A stretch of 63,815 nucleotides of DNA, filler included, from Octopus bimaculoides (GCF_001194135.2; 5 parts of 5 records of this genome joined end to end with filler, not necessarily neighbours in it); one strand, 5' to 3'. Positions 10,757-25,614 are shown, counted from the first letter of the whole stretch. Made by a program: numbers and translations. The notes: a model not told the origin generated them from the letters alone.

Positions 10757-12564
10757 NNNNNNNNNNNNNNNNNNNNNNNNNNNNNNNNNNNNNNNNNNNN
10801 NNNNNNNNNNNNNNNNNNNNNNNNNNNNNNNNNNNNNNNNNNNNNNNNNNNNNNNNNNNNNNNNNNNNNNNNNNNNNNNNNNNNNNNNNNNNNNNNNNNN
10901 NNNNNNNNNNNNNNNNNNNNNNNNNNNNNNNNNNNNNNNNNNNNNNNNNNNNNNNNNNNNNNNNNNNNNNNNNNNNNNNNNNNNNNNNNNNNNNNNNNNN
11001 NNNNNNNNNNNNNNNNNNNNNNNNNNNNNNNNNNNNNNNNNNNNNNNNNNNNNNNNNNNNNNNNNNNNNNNNNNNNNNNNNNNNNNNNNNNNNNNNNNNN
11101 NNNNNNNNNNNNNNNNNNNNNNNNNNNNNNNNNNNNNNNNNNNNNNNNNNNNNNNNNNNNNNNNNNNNNNNNNNNNNNNNNNNNNNNNNNNNNNNNNNNN
11201 NNNNNNNNNNNNNNNNNNNNNNNNNNNNNNNNNNNNNNNNNNNNNNNNNNNNNNNNNNNNNNNNNNNNNNNNNNNNNNNNNNNNNNNNNNNNNNNNNNNN
11301 NNNNNNNNNNNNNNNNNNNNNNNNNNNNNNNNNNNNNNNNNNNNNNNNNNNNNNNNNNNNNNNNNNNNNNNNNNNNNNNNNNNNNNNNNNNNNNNNNNNN
11401 NNNNNNNNNNNNNNNNNNNNNNNNNNNNNNNNNNNNNNNNNNNNNNNNNNNNNNNNNNNNNNNNNNNNNNNNNNNNNNNNNNNNNNNNNNNNNNNNNNNN
11501 NNNNNNNNNNNNNNNNNNNNNNNNNNNNNNNNNNNNNNNNNNNNNNNNNNNNNNNNNNNNNNNNNNNNNNNNNNNNNNNNNNNNNNNNNNNNNNNNNNNN
11601 NNNNNNNNNNNNNATATATATATATATATACCTGTGTGGACATTTAGATAGCCGTACATAGTTGTAAGTCTGTGGGAGATTCAATAGAACAATACGAATA
11701 CAAGTGTGCTTGGGTGTATGTTTGCGTGTGTATACATGTAAGTGTGCGTATATGTGCATGTGTAAATGTGTTTCTTCGGGTGTTATATCTTTTATCGAGT
11801 CATTCACTGGGCAGAAGAAAAGAACAGTTGTCTTTACTAATTGCTTCCGTGTCCACAAAGAAATCTAATATATACATTCATAACAATGCTAGATGGCGAT
11901 GTCGAGCCTCCACTGAATTTAGTACTAGAGAAACATCGCGAATGCATACACAGCACACGCATATGTTCACATACACGTACGGTTGTACACGCAGGTATAT
12001 TATGCACTCACACACGCACGCACACACACACACTTATACATTCGTATATTCTTGTTTGAATCTTATATATCAATATATGCGTATGTATTAGAGTGTACGA
12101 GAGTGTGATTACGTGTGTTTGAATCATAGTAGCATATGTGTAGACGCGAATCCATCCCCATCGAAACGTGTCAAGTAACAGGTTTGAATTCTCATCGAAA
12201 GACACGACAACTCATAAGTTCTCGAACAACACAAGTTATTTGATTAACAATTAATTCTATCTTGACTGAGTTTAAATTTTGCGAAAAGAGTTTTCCGAGA
12301 TTTATCCTTCGATAATTTATTATCCGAATATTAGAAAATATACTTCAGATTGAATATTTAGAGTAGTAATATATCATTGAAAGCTTAGTGTAATGTATCA
12401 AATCTCAGGTGTCAAGTGTGATACACATTGACGCCGTGTCCGCTTTATCTTATTTGTAGTTATCTCTTCCTCCTTGAAAGGCTTTGAACACATACACAAA
12501 GACAAATTTCATTTCAATATATGATGATTAGACATGAAAAGATAACAGATGATTCTTACATTTT

Positions 12565-13395
12565 TACCAATGCAGAAACCGAATCTGTTTCTATTCTCAA
12601 CACTTTGCACCAACTTATTTCATCTCCAGCTCGCATCCCAGACCAACTCACCTTTGACTTTTTTTCTACTTCATAACGTAAACTATGTTCGCCTTCAAAT
12701 TTATTGGGTCATCCGGTCATAAACTCATTCCAACATACGAACCTATAATACGCAGCCCCTTCTTCTCGGACCTATTAAGCCTCCAGTTAACCGATTGGTT
12801 TGAGCTCCGTTTTACACCAGTTTTATGCCAGAGATTTATGAAGCACATATCTTCACTATTGATCCAAAGTTTCACCGGAGATAGCAAAGCGGGTGTCTGA
12901 AACCATCTTTTTTGCTATGCCTCTTCACATATCATCCTCAGGAGATGTTTACTGTACCTTGACGGTCAAAATTCGAGGCTGGTAACACATGGATATCTGT
13001 TATCAAAAGTTCTTGCGCATGGGCAATGTTCTTGCGCGTGGGAAAAGTTATTGCGCATGAGCTCATCTACCTCTCATTTTGTCGAACGTAGCTTCCTACC
13101 TGTTCGTATATCGCGGCATTTGTTGATGGATCTCCTTTTGTCCATTCTCAATCGATCCTAGTGTTCGCCAGTGTTCTGTTTTGCCTTCTACTCTCTTCCT
13201 TCGTTGCATTAATGTTTTACTTGCTACTTCATCCAACAACTACTATGGAAATCACAATACGCTTCATTCCTCCATAGTGCTCCCCAGCAATCCATCATCC
13301 ACACAGAGCCTAGACACCTCATGCCAAACTTGCACTGACTCCATAAACAGAGATCTTGAGAGCATCCTTTAGTGATACCATGCTAACCTTTTCTC
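12565..13395 (+). mobile_element. Decayed CR1/Jockey-type LINE (APE end fused to RT core by internal deletion)
   Basis: ILNTLHQLISSPARIPDQL and IGSSGHKLI (GSSDH motif); then SIAAFVDG, VRQCSVLPSTLFLRCINVLL (PQGSVLSPTLF motif), INRDLESIL. Confidence 0.75.
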
Positions 13396-13399
13396 TTTT

Positions 13400-13788
13400 A
13401 GGTAATATTCGTAGCCACTTTAATATGGCAGTCCGTTTGAGCGGATTCTACTACGATCTTTTAACCCCAAGTGGACATCTCCTCTAGGTGGTTAACGATG
13501 CACAGCTGCATCCTATAAAATTGCGAGTAGGGGGGCGAACCCCTACCATCCCCTAGCAACGGGACCAGTAGACCAGTCCTGGTTTCAGGCTATTTTTGAC
13601 ACTCCCCAGTACTGGACACCTCGTCTGCCAGAGATGATAGCAGCTCACTTCTGCATGCAATGTATATATTTCAAGCGACCACACAGTCGATGATTTTGCA
13701 AGAAGCAAAAATGCTAGTTCTAAAATCACTCTAAAGGATCAACGCAATAGTTGTACTGACAGGTAATATTCGTAGCCACTTTAACATG
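13400..13788. repeat. Segment bounded by perfect 24-bp direct repeats
   Basis: aggtaatattcgtagccactttaa at 13400-13423 and 13761-13784. Confidence 0.85.
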
Positions 13789-13799
13789 TGTGTGTGTGT

Positions 13800-14020
13800 G
13801 TGTGTGTTTTTTTTGTCCCCCTTGCCACCCACCATTGCTTCACAACCGATGCTGGTGAGTTCATGTCCCCGTAACTTAGCAGTTCGGCAAAAATGACTGA
13901 TATAATAAGTATTAGGCTTACAAAGAATAAGTCCTGGGGTCAATTCTTCGAAGGCGGTGCTCCAGCACAGCCGCAGTAAAATGACTGAAACAAGTAAAAG
14001 AATAAAAGAATATATAAATA
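13800..14020 (+). mobile_element. SINE family A, 3' half
   Basis: ccccgtaacttagcagttcggcaaaa...ggcggtgctccagc...atgactgaaacaagtaaaag. Confidence 0.85.
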
Positions 14021-16925
14021 GATAGGTNNNNNNNNNNNNNNNNNNNNNNNNNNNNNNNNNNNNNNNNNNNNNNNNNNNNNNNNNNNNNNNNNNNNNNNNN
14101 NNNNNNNNNNNNNNNNNNNNNNNNNNNNNNNNNNNNNNNNNNNNNNNNNNNNNNNNNNNNNNNNNNNNNNNNNNNNNNNNNNNNNNNNNNNNNNNNNNNN
14201 NNNNNNNNNNNNNNNNNNNNNNNNNNNNNNNNNNNNNNNNNNNNNNNNNNNNNNNNNNNNNNNNNNNNNNNNNNNNNNNNNNNNNNNNNNNNNNNNNNNN
14301 NNNNNNNNNNNNNNNNNNNNNNNNNNNNNNNNNNNNNNNNNNNNNNNNNNNNNNNNNNNNNNNNNNNNNNNNNNNNNNNNNNNNNNNNNNNNNNNNNNNN
14401 NNNNNNNNNNNNNNNNNNNNNNNNNNNNNNNNNNNNNNNNNNNNNNNNNNNNNNNNNNNNNNNNNNNNNNNNNNNNNNNNNNNNNNNNNNNNNNNNNNNN
14501 NNNNNNNNNNNNNNNNNNNNNNNNNNNNNNNNNNNNNNNNNNNNNNNNNNNNNNNNNNNNNNNNNNNNNNNNNNNNNNNNNNNNNNNNNNNNNNNNNNNN
14601 NNNNNNNNNNNNNNNNNNNNNNNNNNNNNNNNNNNNNNNNNNNNNNNNNNNNNNNNNNNNNNNAGCAAATAAAACGAAGAATCGTTTGTTTATGTAGTCG
14701 GCACTTAATGTATATCGGCTGAATGGACGTCAGTGATTGGTTGAAATTATCGAAATAAGACAATTTTTTATATGAAATAAATTCGAATACAAAAATATTT
14801 TTCTGTTCTATAACACAAAATAGATAAGTATACGAAGTTTGAAATTCTTTCGGTACCAAAAGCACTACGTAAAACATTAATGAAAAATGTGGCCCCCGTT
14901 TTAAAAAAGATCCATACTTTCTTTTAATAAAATAATTGGCGTTAATTTGATATAGATGGTTTCTCGCTGTATTCACCCACAAATTTAAGAACACCAATGT
15001 AGCTGAAAAATATTTGTTATACTGAATTCATTTAACGGGACAAATGTGGATGGGATGTCAATGTTATTCATTTTGCGGTTGAACAATTGCTAAATTTCAG
15101 CAAGAAACTATTTGCACTTAACACCAACCATTATATTAAAACAACGCTCGCACACAAACATTTAGATAGATAATACATGCGTGTCCGTGCATAGCATACG
15201 TACGTACGTATGTATGTATGTATGTGTGTGTGCGCGCGCGCGCGTATGTGTATGTATACATATTTTCGGATAAGTTCGTTTGCTGTAGAACGAAGACTCT
15301 GACAATTCAGAACTCACCCTCCGAAAAAGAAGTTTTTGCAACAAATTTAAGGTAGTAGTGAGTTAAGAGAGCTGGGTGCGGAAAGGTGGTGTAGATAGCT
15401 GATGAAGACACAGTGCGATGAAGCAAAGTGTCTGAGGATAACGATTGTCTAAAGCTTCAAAACTTTGAATCTTTTGATATCATCACAGACTTACAAAGCC
15501 TTCATCAACCTCCGCTTAGTAAAATAGCATAGTGAGCTCGGAATGTAACATACACCTTAGAAAATATGCGCATTCATAAGAACAATTTGCTAGCAATGAC
15601 AGCTTATTCTAAGAAATAATAAATATTTAGGATTCGAGAACTTATTATATTGTCTATTTTTATCTGGGATAATGTACAACATATGAACATTTCAAATGTT
15701 TATGGTATCCTTTGTTCGACATCGAAGGTAGATGATTAAGTTATAAACGTGTGATCAAAAATGAGTGCGACTGGCTAAATATAAAGTATATTTTAAAATC
15801 GCGATCTCCCTTTACTTTCTAACGATGTCAAATGTTTGTCACTTGAAACGCTATTAGTTTGCACATTATCGATGACACATATTGATAACTAATTAATTTT
15901 ATGAATGTAAACTTATCGGAAGCCTACCGTTGAATTTTCTTCTCTGAAATCCAAGATATAATTTTAACCTTCCAGCTTGGTCTATTTTAAAAAGTAAAAT
16001 ATTTCTTTCAGACTTCTAATATAACAGTATAAGAGATATTGAATATTACAATTTTGTAACTTTTATGCAAAAGTCGCTCATTTAGAATATATTTAAAAGA
16101 AAAAAAAAATAACCCACGATACCCCATCATCTTTAGTATATTCAGTAATAATAAAAGTTAAAGCATCAACAATTATTGAGATACAAATTCAATCAAATTA
16201 TCTTACTCAATCATAATGGGTGCAACCTGGTAGTCTTGACATGTCAGATAAAACAGAATCTAGGGAGCCTTGTGATCTTTGTCGCCAGGGTTTGTAATTT
16301 TTGTCAAAAGTGACAGAAATAGCACGGCGAAATAGTTGTGAGGAATGAGTACCCATCATTTCGGAGAGATTCTTTCTTTAAGATTAAGATAACAGGGACT
16401 ACAAAGGAGTGCGCCAAAGTTTTTCATTCTCTATCCTTGAGCGACTAGTTGTACCTTCTCTTCTGTTTAGGGTACATATCTATGCTCATGCATTTTAGTA
16501 GTGGCTACTGGGCAGGCAAAACAAAATAGGCCCAGTTACAGTATGACATAGTTTCCATTCCTATGTATTTATCATTGCCGGTGTGCATCTTAGCATAGTG
16601 TTTGGATCTGAGGGGGCTGTTGATTCTATTTCTATGTGTATGTGTTCGCCATGTTTGAATGGAGTAGAAGAGTTCTTTGAGTGTTGTTACATTAGTGTTC
16701 GTAACTTTGCATATGTTCTTACACTGGTATCAAACTTATAATGCTGGACAAGAAAGTTTCTCTCCAATAGCAGGATTAAGGAAAACATAATGTAGACGTG
16801 TCGACATATCGGGCTAAACGGCTTAATCATAGGATCTATTTGCATATCGAGAACAAATGCATGCCTATCAAATATACGGCGCAAGCTTATTTACGATTTA
16901 TCCACTCACACAATCAATGTCTTAG

Positions 16926-16959
<34 letters not shown>

Positions 16960-17810
16960 CTCTCTTTTCCTTTCTCTCTTTCTCTCTCCCTGCCTCTCTC
17001 TTTCTGCACACACACATACATACACACACACACACACACTTATATATATATATATATATANNNNNNNNNNNNNNNNNNNNNNNNNNNNNNNNNNNNNNNN
17101 NNNNNNNNNNNNNNNNNNNNNNNNNNNNNNNNNNNNNNNNNNNNNNNNNNNNNNNNNNNNNNNNNNNNNNNNNNNNNNNNNNNNNNNNNNNNNNNNNNNN
17201 NNNNNNNNNNNNNNNNNNNNNNNNNNNNNNNNNNNNNNNNNNNNNNNNNNNNNNNNNNNNNNNNNNNNNNNNNNNNNNNNNNNNNNNNNNNNNNNNNNNN
17301 NNNNNNNNNNNNNNNNNNNNNNNNNNNNNNNNNNNNNNNNNNNNNNNNNNNNNNNNNNNNNNNNNNNNNNNNNNNNNNNNNNNNNNNNNNNNNNNNNNNN
17401 NNNNNNNNNNNNNNNNNNNNNNNNNNNNNNNNNNNNNNNNNNNNNNNNNNNNNNNNNNNNNNNNNNNNNNNNNNNNNNNNNNNNNNNNNNNNNNNNNNNN
17501 NNNNNNNNNNNNNNNNNNNNNNNNNNNNNNNNNNNNNNNNNNNNNNNNNNNNNNNNNNNNNNNNNNNNNNNNNNNNNNNNNNNNNNNNNNNNNNNNNNNN
17601 NNNNNNNNNNNNNNNNNNNNNNNNNNNNNNNNNNNNNNNNNNNNNNNNNNNNNNNNNNNNNNNNNNNNNNNNNNNNNNNNNNNNNNNNNNNNNNNNNNNN
17701 NNNNNNNNNNNNNNNNNNNNNNNNNNNNNNNNNNNNNNNNNNNNNNNNNNNNNNNNNNNNNNNNNNNNNNNNNNNNNNNNNNNNNNNNNNNNNNNNNNNN
17801 NNNNNNNNNN

Positions 17811-17842
<32 letters not shown>

Positions 17843-18085
17843 CGTATATTTTGGCAATAAATTGATAGTGACCTTACAGAAAATCATAGCAGTTTAGTGG
17901 ATGGTGCCTTAACCAACAGCTGTTATCAAGAACTGATACGCTCGAACACACGCATGCAAACACACACACACACACACACACGCACACACACACACGTGCA
18001 CACACACTCTAACCCTCACATATGTATAAGTGTCATATTTTTTATTCCTGTTTCTTATGTTATTATATGCTTTTTTCTTTTACAG

Positions 18086-18092
18086 GTGTTAA
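18086..18092 (+). CDS. Candidate 7-nt micro-exon of an unidentified host gene
   Basis: tgcttttttcttttacag|GTGTTAA|gtaagt: strong acceptor and consensus donor. Confidence 0.5.
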
Positions 18093-18883
18093 GTAAGTAT
18101 TATTTTGTTGCTTCAAATAGGTTCATTGTTGATTATGTTATGTTATGAGTTTCATTAAACTTTGGATTTCAAAATATAAGCTGTCCAATTCATAAATTTA
18201 TTCAGTCCAAAAACGAGTTTCGTGTAATTCCTTACTCTGTTTTGAGAAGGTTGATGTAGATTCAAACTAACGGTAATAAGAAAGAATTCAAACACCGGAG
18301 AACTTCTGAAAATTTTATTGTCGAGTGGAGTGAAAGAGCAGCCGACAAACTGTTATTTAACAATATGTATTACCGAGAGTGTATGAATATTTTATGGATG
18401 CTACAGACTTTGAAAGAATCGTTCAGACACTAGAAAAAGTGTATGTAAAAAAAACTAGTTGTTTGCCAGACATCAACTTGCTACAACAGGGTAGCATCTT
18501 GATGAAACCTTACACGACTTTCTTTGACGTGTAGGATTCAAGATCTTCGTGAGAGGCGGGATGGAAGTTTTTTTGACGGCAACATTTTCCTTCTTCTCTG
18601 TATAATGTCTGTGTGTCGAAAGCGTACTTGTGATTTATACAGTCTCGTTCAAAAATTCACCTATGATAGTAAAGATTTTTACTCAATGTCCTGAGTTTAT
18701 ATTTTAGAGTAATTAACCTTCCTTCAAGAGCTTCCTGGGAAGAGTCATTATTGAGTTTTGTTAATTTATTCATATGATGAGATGTAAACTCATTATTCCC
18801 CTTACATTTTATTATCGAAGTTAACTATTTGATATGGTGTTGCAGCTTGTTAATGTATTTTTCAAATTTTTCTTTCCATCTAG

Positions 18884-18904
18884 GTTGCATGGATCTCGTA
18901 GTGT
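18884..18904 (+). CDS. Candidate 21-nt micro-exon of an unidentified host gene
   Basis: tttttctttccatctag|GTTGCATGGATCTCGTAGTGT|gtatgt; frame-preserving length. Confidence 0.42.
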
Positions 18905-18919
18905 GTATGTGTACATGTT

Positions 18920-18972
<53 letters not shown>

Positions 18973-19785
18973 NNNNNNNNNNNNNNNNNNNNNNNNNNNN
19001 NNNNNNNNNNNNNNNNTTAATTAATTAANNNNNNNNNNNNNNNNNNNNNNNNNNNNNNNNNNNNNNNNNNNNAAACTTAGCCATTCAATAGATAAAATGG
19101 TGATCAATAAAATGATTAACTCAGTATATGGCTCAATATAATTGACTAAGACTTTTGAAAGCAATGTTCCAGCATCGTCACATTGGAGTGCGCCTTTCGA
19201 GTAGAAAATGTAGCAGCTACTTTTGGTGTGCTTTTCAATATTTCAAGGCTAAATCACGGAGTTTTAATAATTACAAATGATAGGTTCGAAGAAGAAATAA
19301 TTATAATATACTATCTTAGGGGGGATGCATTTTGCATGTGAACTGGTTCGGGGGGGAAAATAATGATTATTCTTCACACGTGATTCGGGGTTGATTTCAG
19401 GCATGCCACTGTATAGAATGTGTTGATGTGTGTATGTATGTATGTATGTTTGTATGTATGCATGTATGTATGTATGTATGTATGTATGTATGTATGCATG
19501 AATGTATGTATGTATGTATGTATGTAAATCTGTGTCTATACACACATACATACACATATATTGATATAAACAGAATAGAAATAGATATGTAGATGTAGAT
19601 AAATGTTTATATATATGTATATATATATATATATATNNNNNNNNNNNNNNNNNNNNNNNNNNNNNNNNNNNNNNNNNNNNNNNNNNNNNNNNNNNNNNNN
19701 NNNNNNNNNNNNNNNNNNNNNNNNNNNNNNNNNNNNNNNNNNNNNNNNNNNNNNNNNNNNNNNNNNNNTATATACAAATGTATGA

Positions 19786-19852
<67 letters not shown>

Positions 19853-19983
19853 CATATGTATATATACATACATACATACATATATATATGCATAATACAC
19901 AAACACATACACACGCGCACACACATGTATATGTATGTATGTATTTATGTTTGTATTAGAGCGGGTTAAATATATGTATATGC

Positions 19984-20022
<39 letters not shown>

Positions 20023-20066
20023 TGTAAATATTTGAAGTGTTAATATGTGTCTGTGAGTGCCTCTGT

Positions 20067-20107
<41 letters not shown>

Positions 20108-20444
20108 CGCACATGTGTGTATCTTAACCTGCAATTAAGGGTCTTCACGGATGAACTCCTTCAGCTTTACTGGATATTCAATAAGGGACCCTGAATTTCT
20201 TTTCTTCCACGTTTCTCTCCCAGCTTTCTCGTTCAACGCACACACGCACGTACTCACGTACTGAAGAACCGACACACGTACACACACAAATAAGCATACA
20301 CAAATATATATATATATATATACATTTACACATATATATGTAATTATGTATATATATAATTATATACCTATATAATCTTCTCACCTAATATATATAAATA
20401 GATTTATATACATACATATATATACACATGTTTATATGTATATA

Positions 20445-21168
20445 CATGGTCTGATCAGTAAGTATCCGGACTGTTGTTATAGTAACCAGGCTATGGCATA
20501 CGGAATGCGGAGTGAAGCTGCTTGGCATAGATTGATCTTAAACTTTGCTGTGATTGTGCCTAAGTATTAACGTTCTACCTTAATTCCACTGTTTAAAGCA
20601 GTGCTTGGAAGGAAGGTGTGTAGCATGTGATCATCGCATTGACCATGAGAGAGTAAGTTGAGCAGAGAATCTGCATCAAATTTTGCAAAAATCTTGGCGA
20701 TACCTACTCAGAGGCCTATGCAAAGTTTTCAAAAATGTTTCATCGTTCTCGACACAATCAAGCAGATTTTGTGCAACTGAAATCCGAGTGTCTTTTTGGT
20801 CGGCTAAAAGCAGTTTTGGAAAAAACTTGGCATAACCAAATCTTCAGTGATAACGGACTAAACTGAACAGAAACTAATCTGCACATCCTCTGATAACTCG
20901 CGAATGGTGATTTGGTGCTTTCCTCCTCAGCTGCACGCACATCTGCGAAGTTTTACTCAGTTCTGCTGGTTGCGTATCTCCCAGAACGTTCGTCAATATC
21001 GACCTTTCTTTTAAGCCACCTTGGAAACGTCTGAACCACTCGTACACTTGTGTGCGGCTCATACACTTCTCTCCATATACTTTCTGCAACTTTGCGTAGG
21101 CTACTGAGCAGGTATCGCCATGACAACGTTTTATAGCAACAGTCCGGATACTTATTGATCAAACCTAG
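20445..21168 (+). mobile_element. Non-autonomous mariner (Tc1/mariner) with TIRs and an internal inversion
   Basis: 37-bp TIRs at 20445-20481 and 21132-21168 (32/37 identical), TA on the left. + strand EQRICIKFCKNLGDTYSEAYAK; minus strand LQKVYGEKCMSRTQVYEWFRRF...CVENDETFLK. Confidence 0.9.
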
Positions 21169-21546
21169 TTTATGTATGTGTATATATATATATATATATA
21201 TATGCACATACCAACCATTTCAGGACTGTATGCGGCTCTATATAGAGATGGTGCCTATGGTATTAAGCACACAGCTCCCTACCAGCTAGAGTTGAGGGAC
21301 ATCAAATGGCTCCTACCCACTCCTTAAATCTTTCGTATGCTGGCTCTGGGTGACACACTTCAATACACAGCCTCGGTTGGCAGGCTAAAACACATGAGGT
21401 TGTTGCGTTAGCACTGCATCGTGTGACAGGTGGAGGAGTATCGACAAGAGCCACCGGCCAGCGTAAAGGAGTCTGAAGAAGTCCGATGACATGATGTCCG
21501 TGAGTCAGTGCTACTAAAGCTAATATATAATATATATATATATGTA

Positions 21547-21622
<76 letters not shown>

Positions 21623-21874
21623 TGTGGATCTCGACTAGCAATTAACAGGAATAGCTCTACTTGAAGTCTCTTTCTTAAAAATGAAAGTGGCTGGGATTCA
21701 GCCAGCTCAACCTCAGAGGCCATCATCATCTGGAAACGCTGAGTTGACCGGTACATGTCAAACGTCTCTCTCGTATATACGTAAATATATGTACATACAC
21801 AGATGTGTCTGTGTCTATGTTTGTCAACACCACCGCTTGACAACCGTTGTTTATATCCCTGTAATTTTGCAGTT

Positions 21875-22160
21875 TTGCACTTGTTGTTTCTGTTGCTATA
21901 GCCCTGCTTGATATTGTCGTTGCGAATGTCCTAGTTATTAGTGGTGTTGCGAATGTTTTCGTTGCCGTTGCACTTGGTGTTTCTGTTGCTATAGCCCTGC
22001 TTGCTATTGTCGTTGCGAATGTTCTAGTTATTTTTGTTGCCGCGGATGTTTTAATTGCTATTGCTGTTGCGAATGTTTTAGTCGCTGTTGTTGCTAGTGT
22101 TGCCATCGTTACTGTTGCAGTTATTGTTGATGTTAACGTTGTTCTTGCTCTCACTTTTGT
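21875..22160. repeat. Cryptic trinucleotide-derived minisatellite with a 93-bp-period duplication
   Basis: 21875-21939 vs 21968-22032 match at 62/65; gttgcgaatgt occurs four times. Confidence 0.85.
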
Positions 22161-22329
22161 TGCTTGTTATCACTGTTGCTTTTGTTGTCAACATGTTGTT
22201 GTTGTTGTTGTTCTACGATCGGGTTGGCTTGTGGGGCGTGGTCGAGAAATTGAAGTTCATTTCTTTATAATTGCTATTGTAACGGGGTGGAGCATCTGAG
22301 GGGAGTTGTTGGTGGAGGTGAGCCACGAT

Positions 22330-23400
<1,071 letters not shown>

Positions 23401-24301
23401 AGCGGTGAGGGAATAGGGTACTATAGGTGTATAGATAAGTTACCCCTTATTTTCCCTGCTGTTTATTTCAAAACATTGAATGATTTTCAATAGTTGTCAG
23501 AATATTCAACAATGTGCTGGTTGTTTTTTTTGTTTTGTTTTGTTTTTTGTTTTGTTTTCCGCCAGCAGCAATCTTGAGAATAATCGATCACACGATCACA
23601 CCGTACTCTTTGTGTGTATACTCACACATGCCGTGCACTTGTTACGAATCATACACACCCACACATATGGAAGTGTATAAACACGTACTCACACATATAT
23701 GTATCTGTGTGTATATGAGCATATATTATATACGCGTGTATATGTGTATGCATATATAAATGTGTGTATGTGTGTGTGTGTATGTATGTATAAATTCCTT
23801 TATAAACTAGAGTGAGACGAGCATCGTCGCTTTCGCTGCATACATATGTACATACACACATACATACATACATATAAGTGTGTGTGTTTGTGTGTGTGTG
23901 TGTGCGTGCGTGTGTGTGTATGTATGTATATATAGTTTACTGTTCCGTTACTAGTAGGGTCAACAAAAGCGTGCTCCATCCAGCTCGCAGCCCATCAATT
24001 ACTATCGAAGGCCAATGTAAACCAATGTAAACTAACCACTACATAAAAATGTAAATATTTCACGGCAACCAGCAATAGCACCAACTGTAAAACCTACCAT
24101 ATGATATTTTACGAATAAAAGAACTAGAAAACTAAATAACCTACAGCAAAGTAAAGAAAAAATAATAAAGAATATGTAAAAAACAAAAGCTGCAGCCGTT
24201 ACTTATATGACTTGGTAACTTGTGCCGTGCTTTTGTTAAATGTTTTAGGTGCCTGCTTAATTGCGTGCAGATCTAAATAGTATTTTTTTCGTCTCATTCA
24301 G

Positions 24302-24327
24302 CACTGACCCAGCAGAACATCGAGGAC
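24302..24327 (+). CDS. Candidate 26-nt micro-exon of an unidentified host gene
   Basis: tatttttttcgtctcattcag|CACTGACCCAGCAGAACATCGAGGAC|gtatgt; GC-rich island in AT-rich context; reads xLTQQNIED. Confidence 0.55.
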
Positions 24328-24375
<48 letters not shown>

Positions 24376-24603
24376 ATGTGTGTTTGCGCGCGCGACAGCG
24401 TGTGTATGTGTGTGAAAGGGACAGACGAACAAACACACAGAGTTAGAGTGCAAGATAGTTATGAATAGACAAAGATAAGACAGGAAGATAGAGAGATAGA
24501 CACACACATTGAAGGATTGAAAGGGAGAGAGAGAGAGAGAGAGAGACACACACACCCAGAAACACAGAGTCAGATCGAGGCACAGACAGACACCACACAC
24601 AAC

Positions 24604-24697
<94 letters not shown>

Positions 24698-24867
24698 AAT
24701 AAAGAGAGAGAGAGAGAGGTAGACAGATAAAAGAAGAGAGGGAATTCGACAAATAGAGAGAGGCAGACAAGATAAAAGAGAGAGGCAGAGGTAACGAGAA
24801 AGAGAAAGTGAGAAAAAAAGAAGGTAGATGCACCGGCATTTGGCTGGTCTCTATTATTAACAGTTGA

Positions 24868-24990
24868 CAGACCGGAGCAACGTAAACTGGAGCAAATAAA
24901 GCGCATGGTTCAAAAACACAACGAACTGTCAGGTCCGGAATCGAACCAATGTCTAAAGGATCGGTAACCCAACACCTTAACCACTAGACC
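24868..24990 (-). mobile_element. Decayed tRNA-derived SINE head and central domain
   Basis: Reverse strand gtggtctagtggttaagg...ggttcgattcc followed by gttgtgttttgaac; related to the head at 42430-42552. Confidence 0.6.
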
Positions 24991-25484
24991 ACATATCTTC
25001 ATAGAAAAAAAAAAAAGGCCAATAAAATAAAAATGTAAAAGACTAGAACAGAAAAATCTATAAACAATTAAAGAATAAAATAAAATAAATTCTTCATTAA
25101 ATCCCAAGTTATCTTGAAAAGCTTCCGACAGCCGGTTGTCAATTGTTAGAGCGAAGCGAACAATTGTGTTTTCTATTGGTGATATCGGATTTTTCGGTAA
25201 TCTAGCAAAGATGCGGGCGATGCATGCTCGTGTATATGTTTTAAATTTCATCACAATAAGATTAAAAAAAAAAGAAATTGATATAATGAATACAGCAATA
25301 AATGATGAATACAATAAATAAAATAAATAAACGCAGCAGAAGATTACAGGTTATAATTCGCCTCTAATTGAAATGTAACGGGCTAGAAGGAGTATATATG
25401 AGGTATATTAAGGACGTTGATATATATATATATATATGCATGTACGTATGTATGTATATGTGTGTGTGTATATATACATATATG

Positions 25485-25525
<41 letters not shown>

Positions 25526-25548
25526 ATGGAAGTGGGCGATTTTATACA

Positions 25549-25614
<66 letters not shown>

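Noticed and set aside
15398-15450. CTGATGA followed by an agacac/gtgtct stem
   Set aside because: GAAA is replaced by GAGG and there is no convincing stem I; could be chance.
16260-16700. Complex sequence possibly from a LINE ORF1
   Set aside because: No motif I can support; all frames interrupted. Left unannotated.
18973-19072. TTAATTAATTAA islands inside gaps (19017, 27196, 30743, 61411)
   Set aside because: Where counted (19017 and 27196) the 12-mer is flanked by exactly 44 N per side, giving a 100-bp block, and the other two look the same. This is an artificial scaffold spacer, not biology; adjacency across these joins is not sequence-supported.
21210-21520. Possible RTE 5' UTR with an HDV-like ribozyme
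   Set aside because: One hairpin followed by GCUAA, but P1, P2 and P3 pairings could not be assembled by eye.
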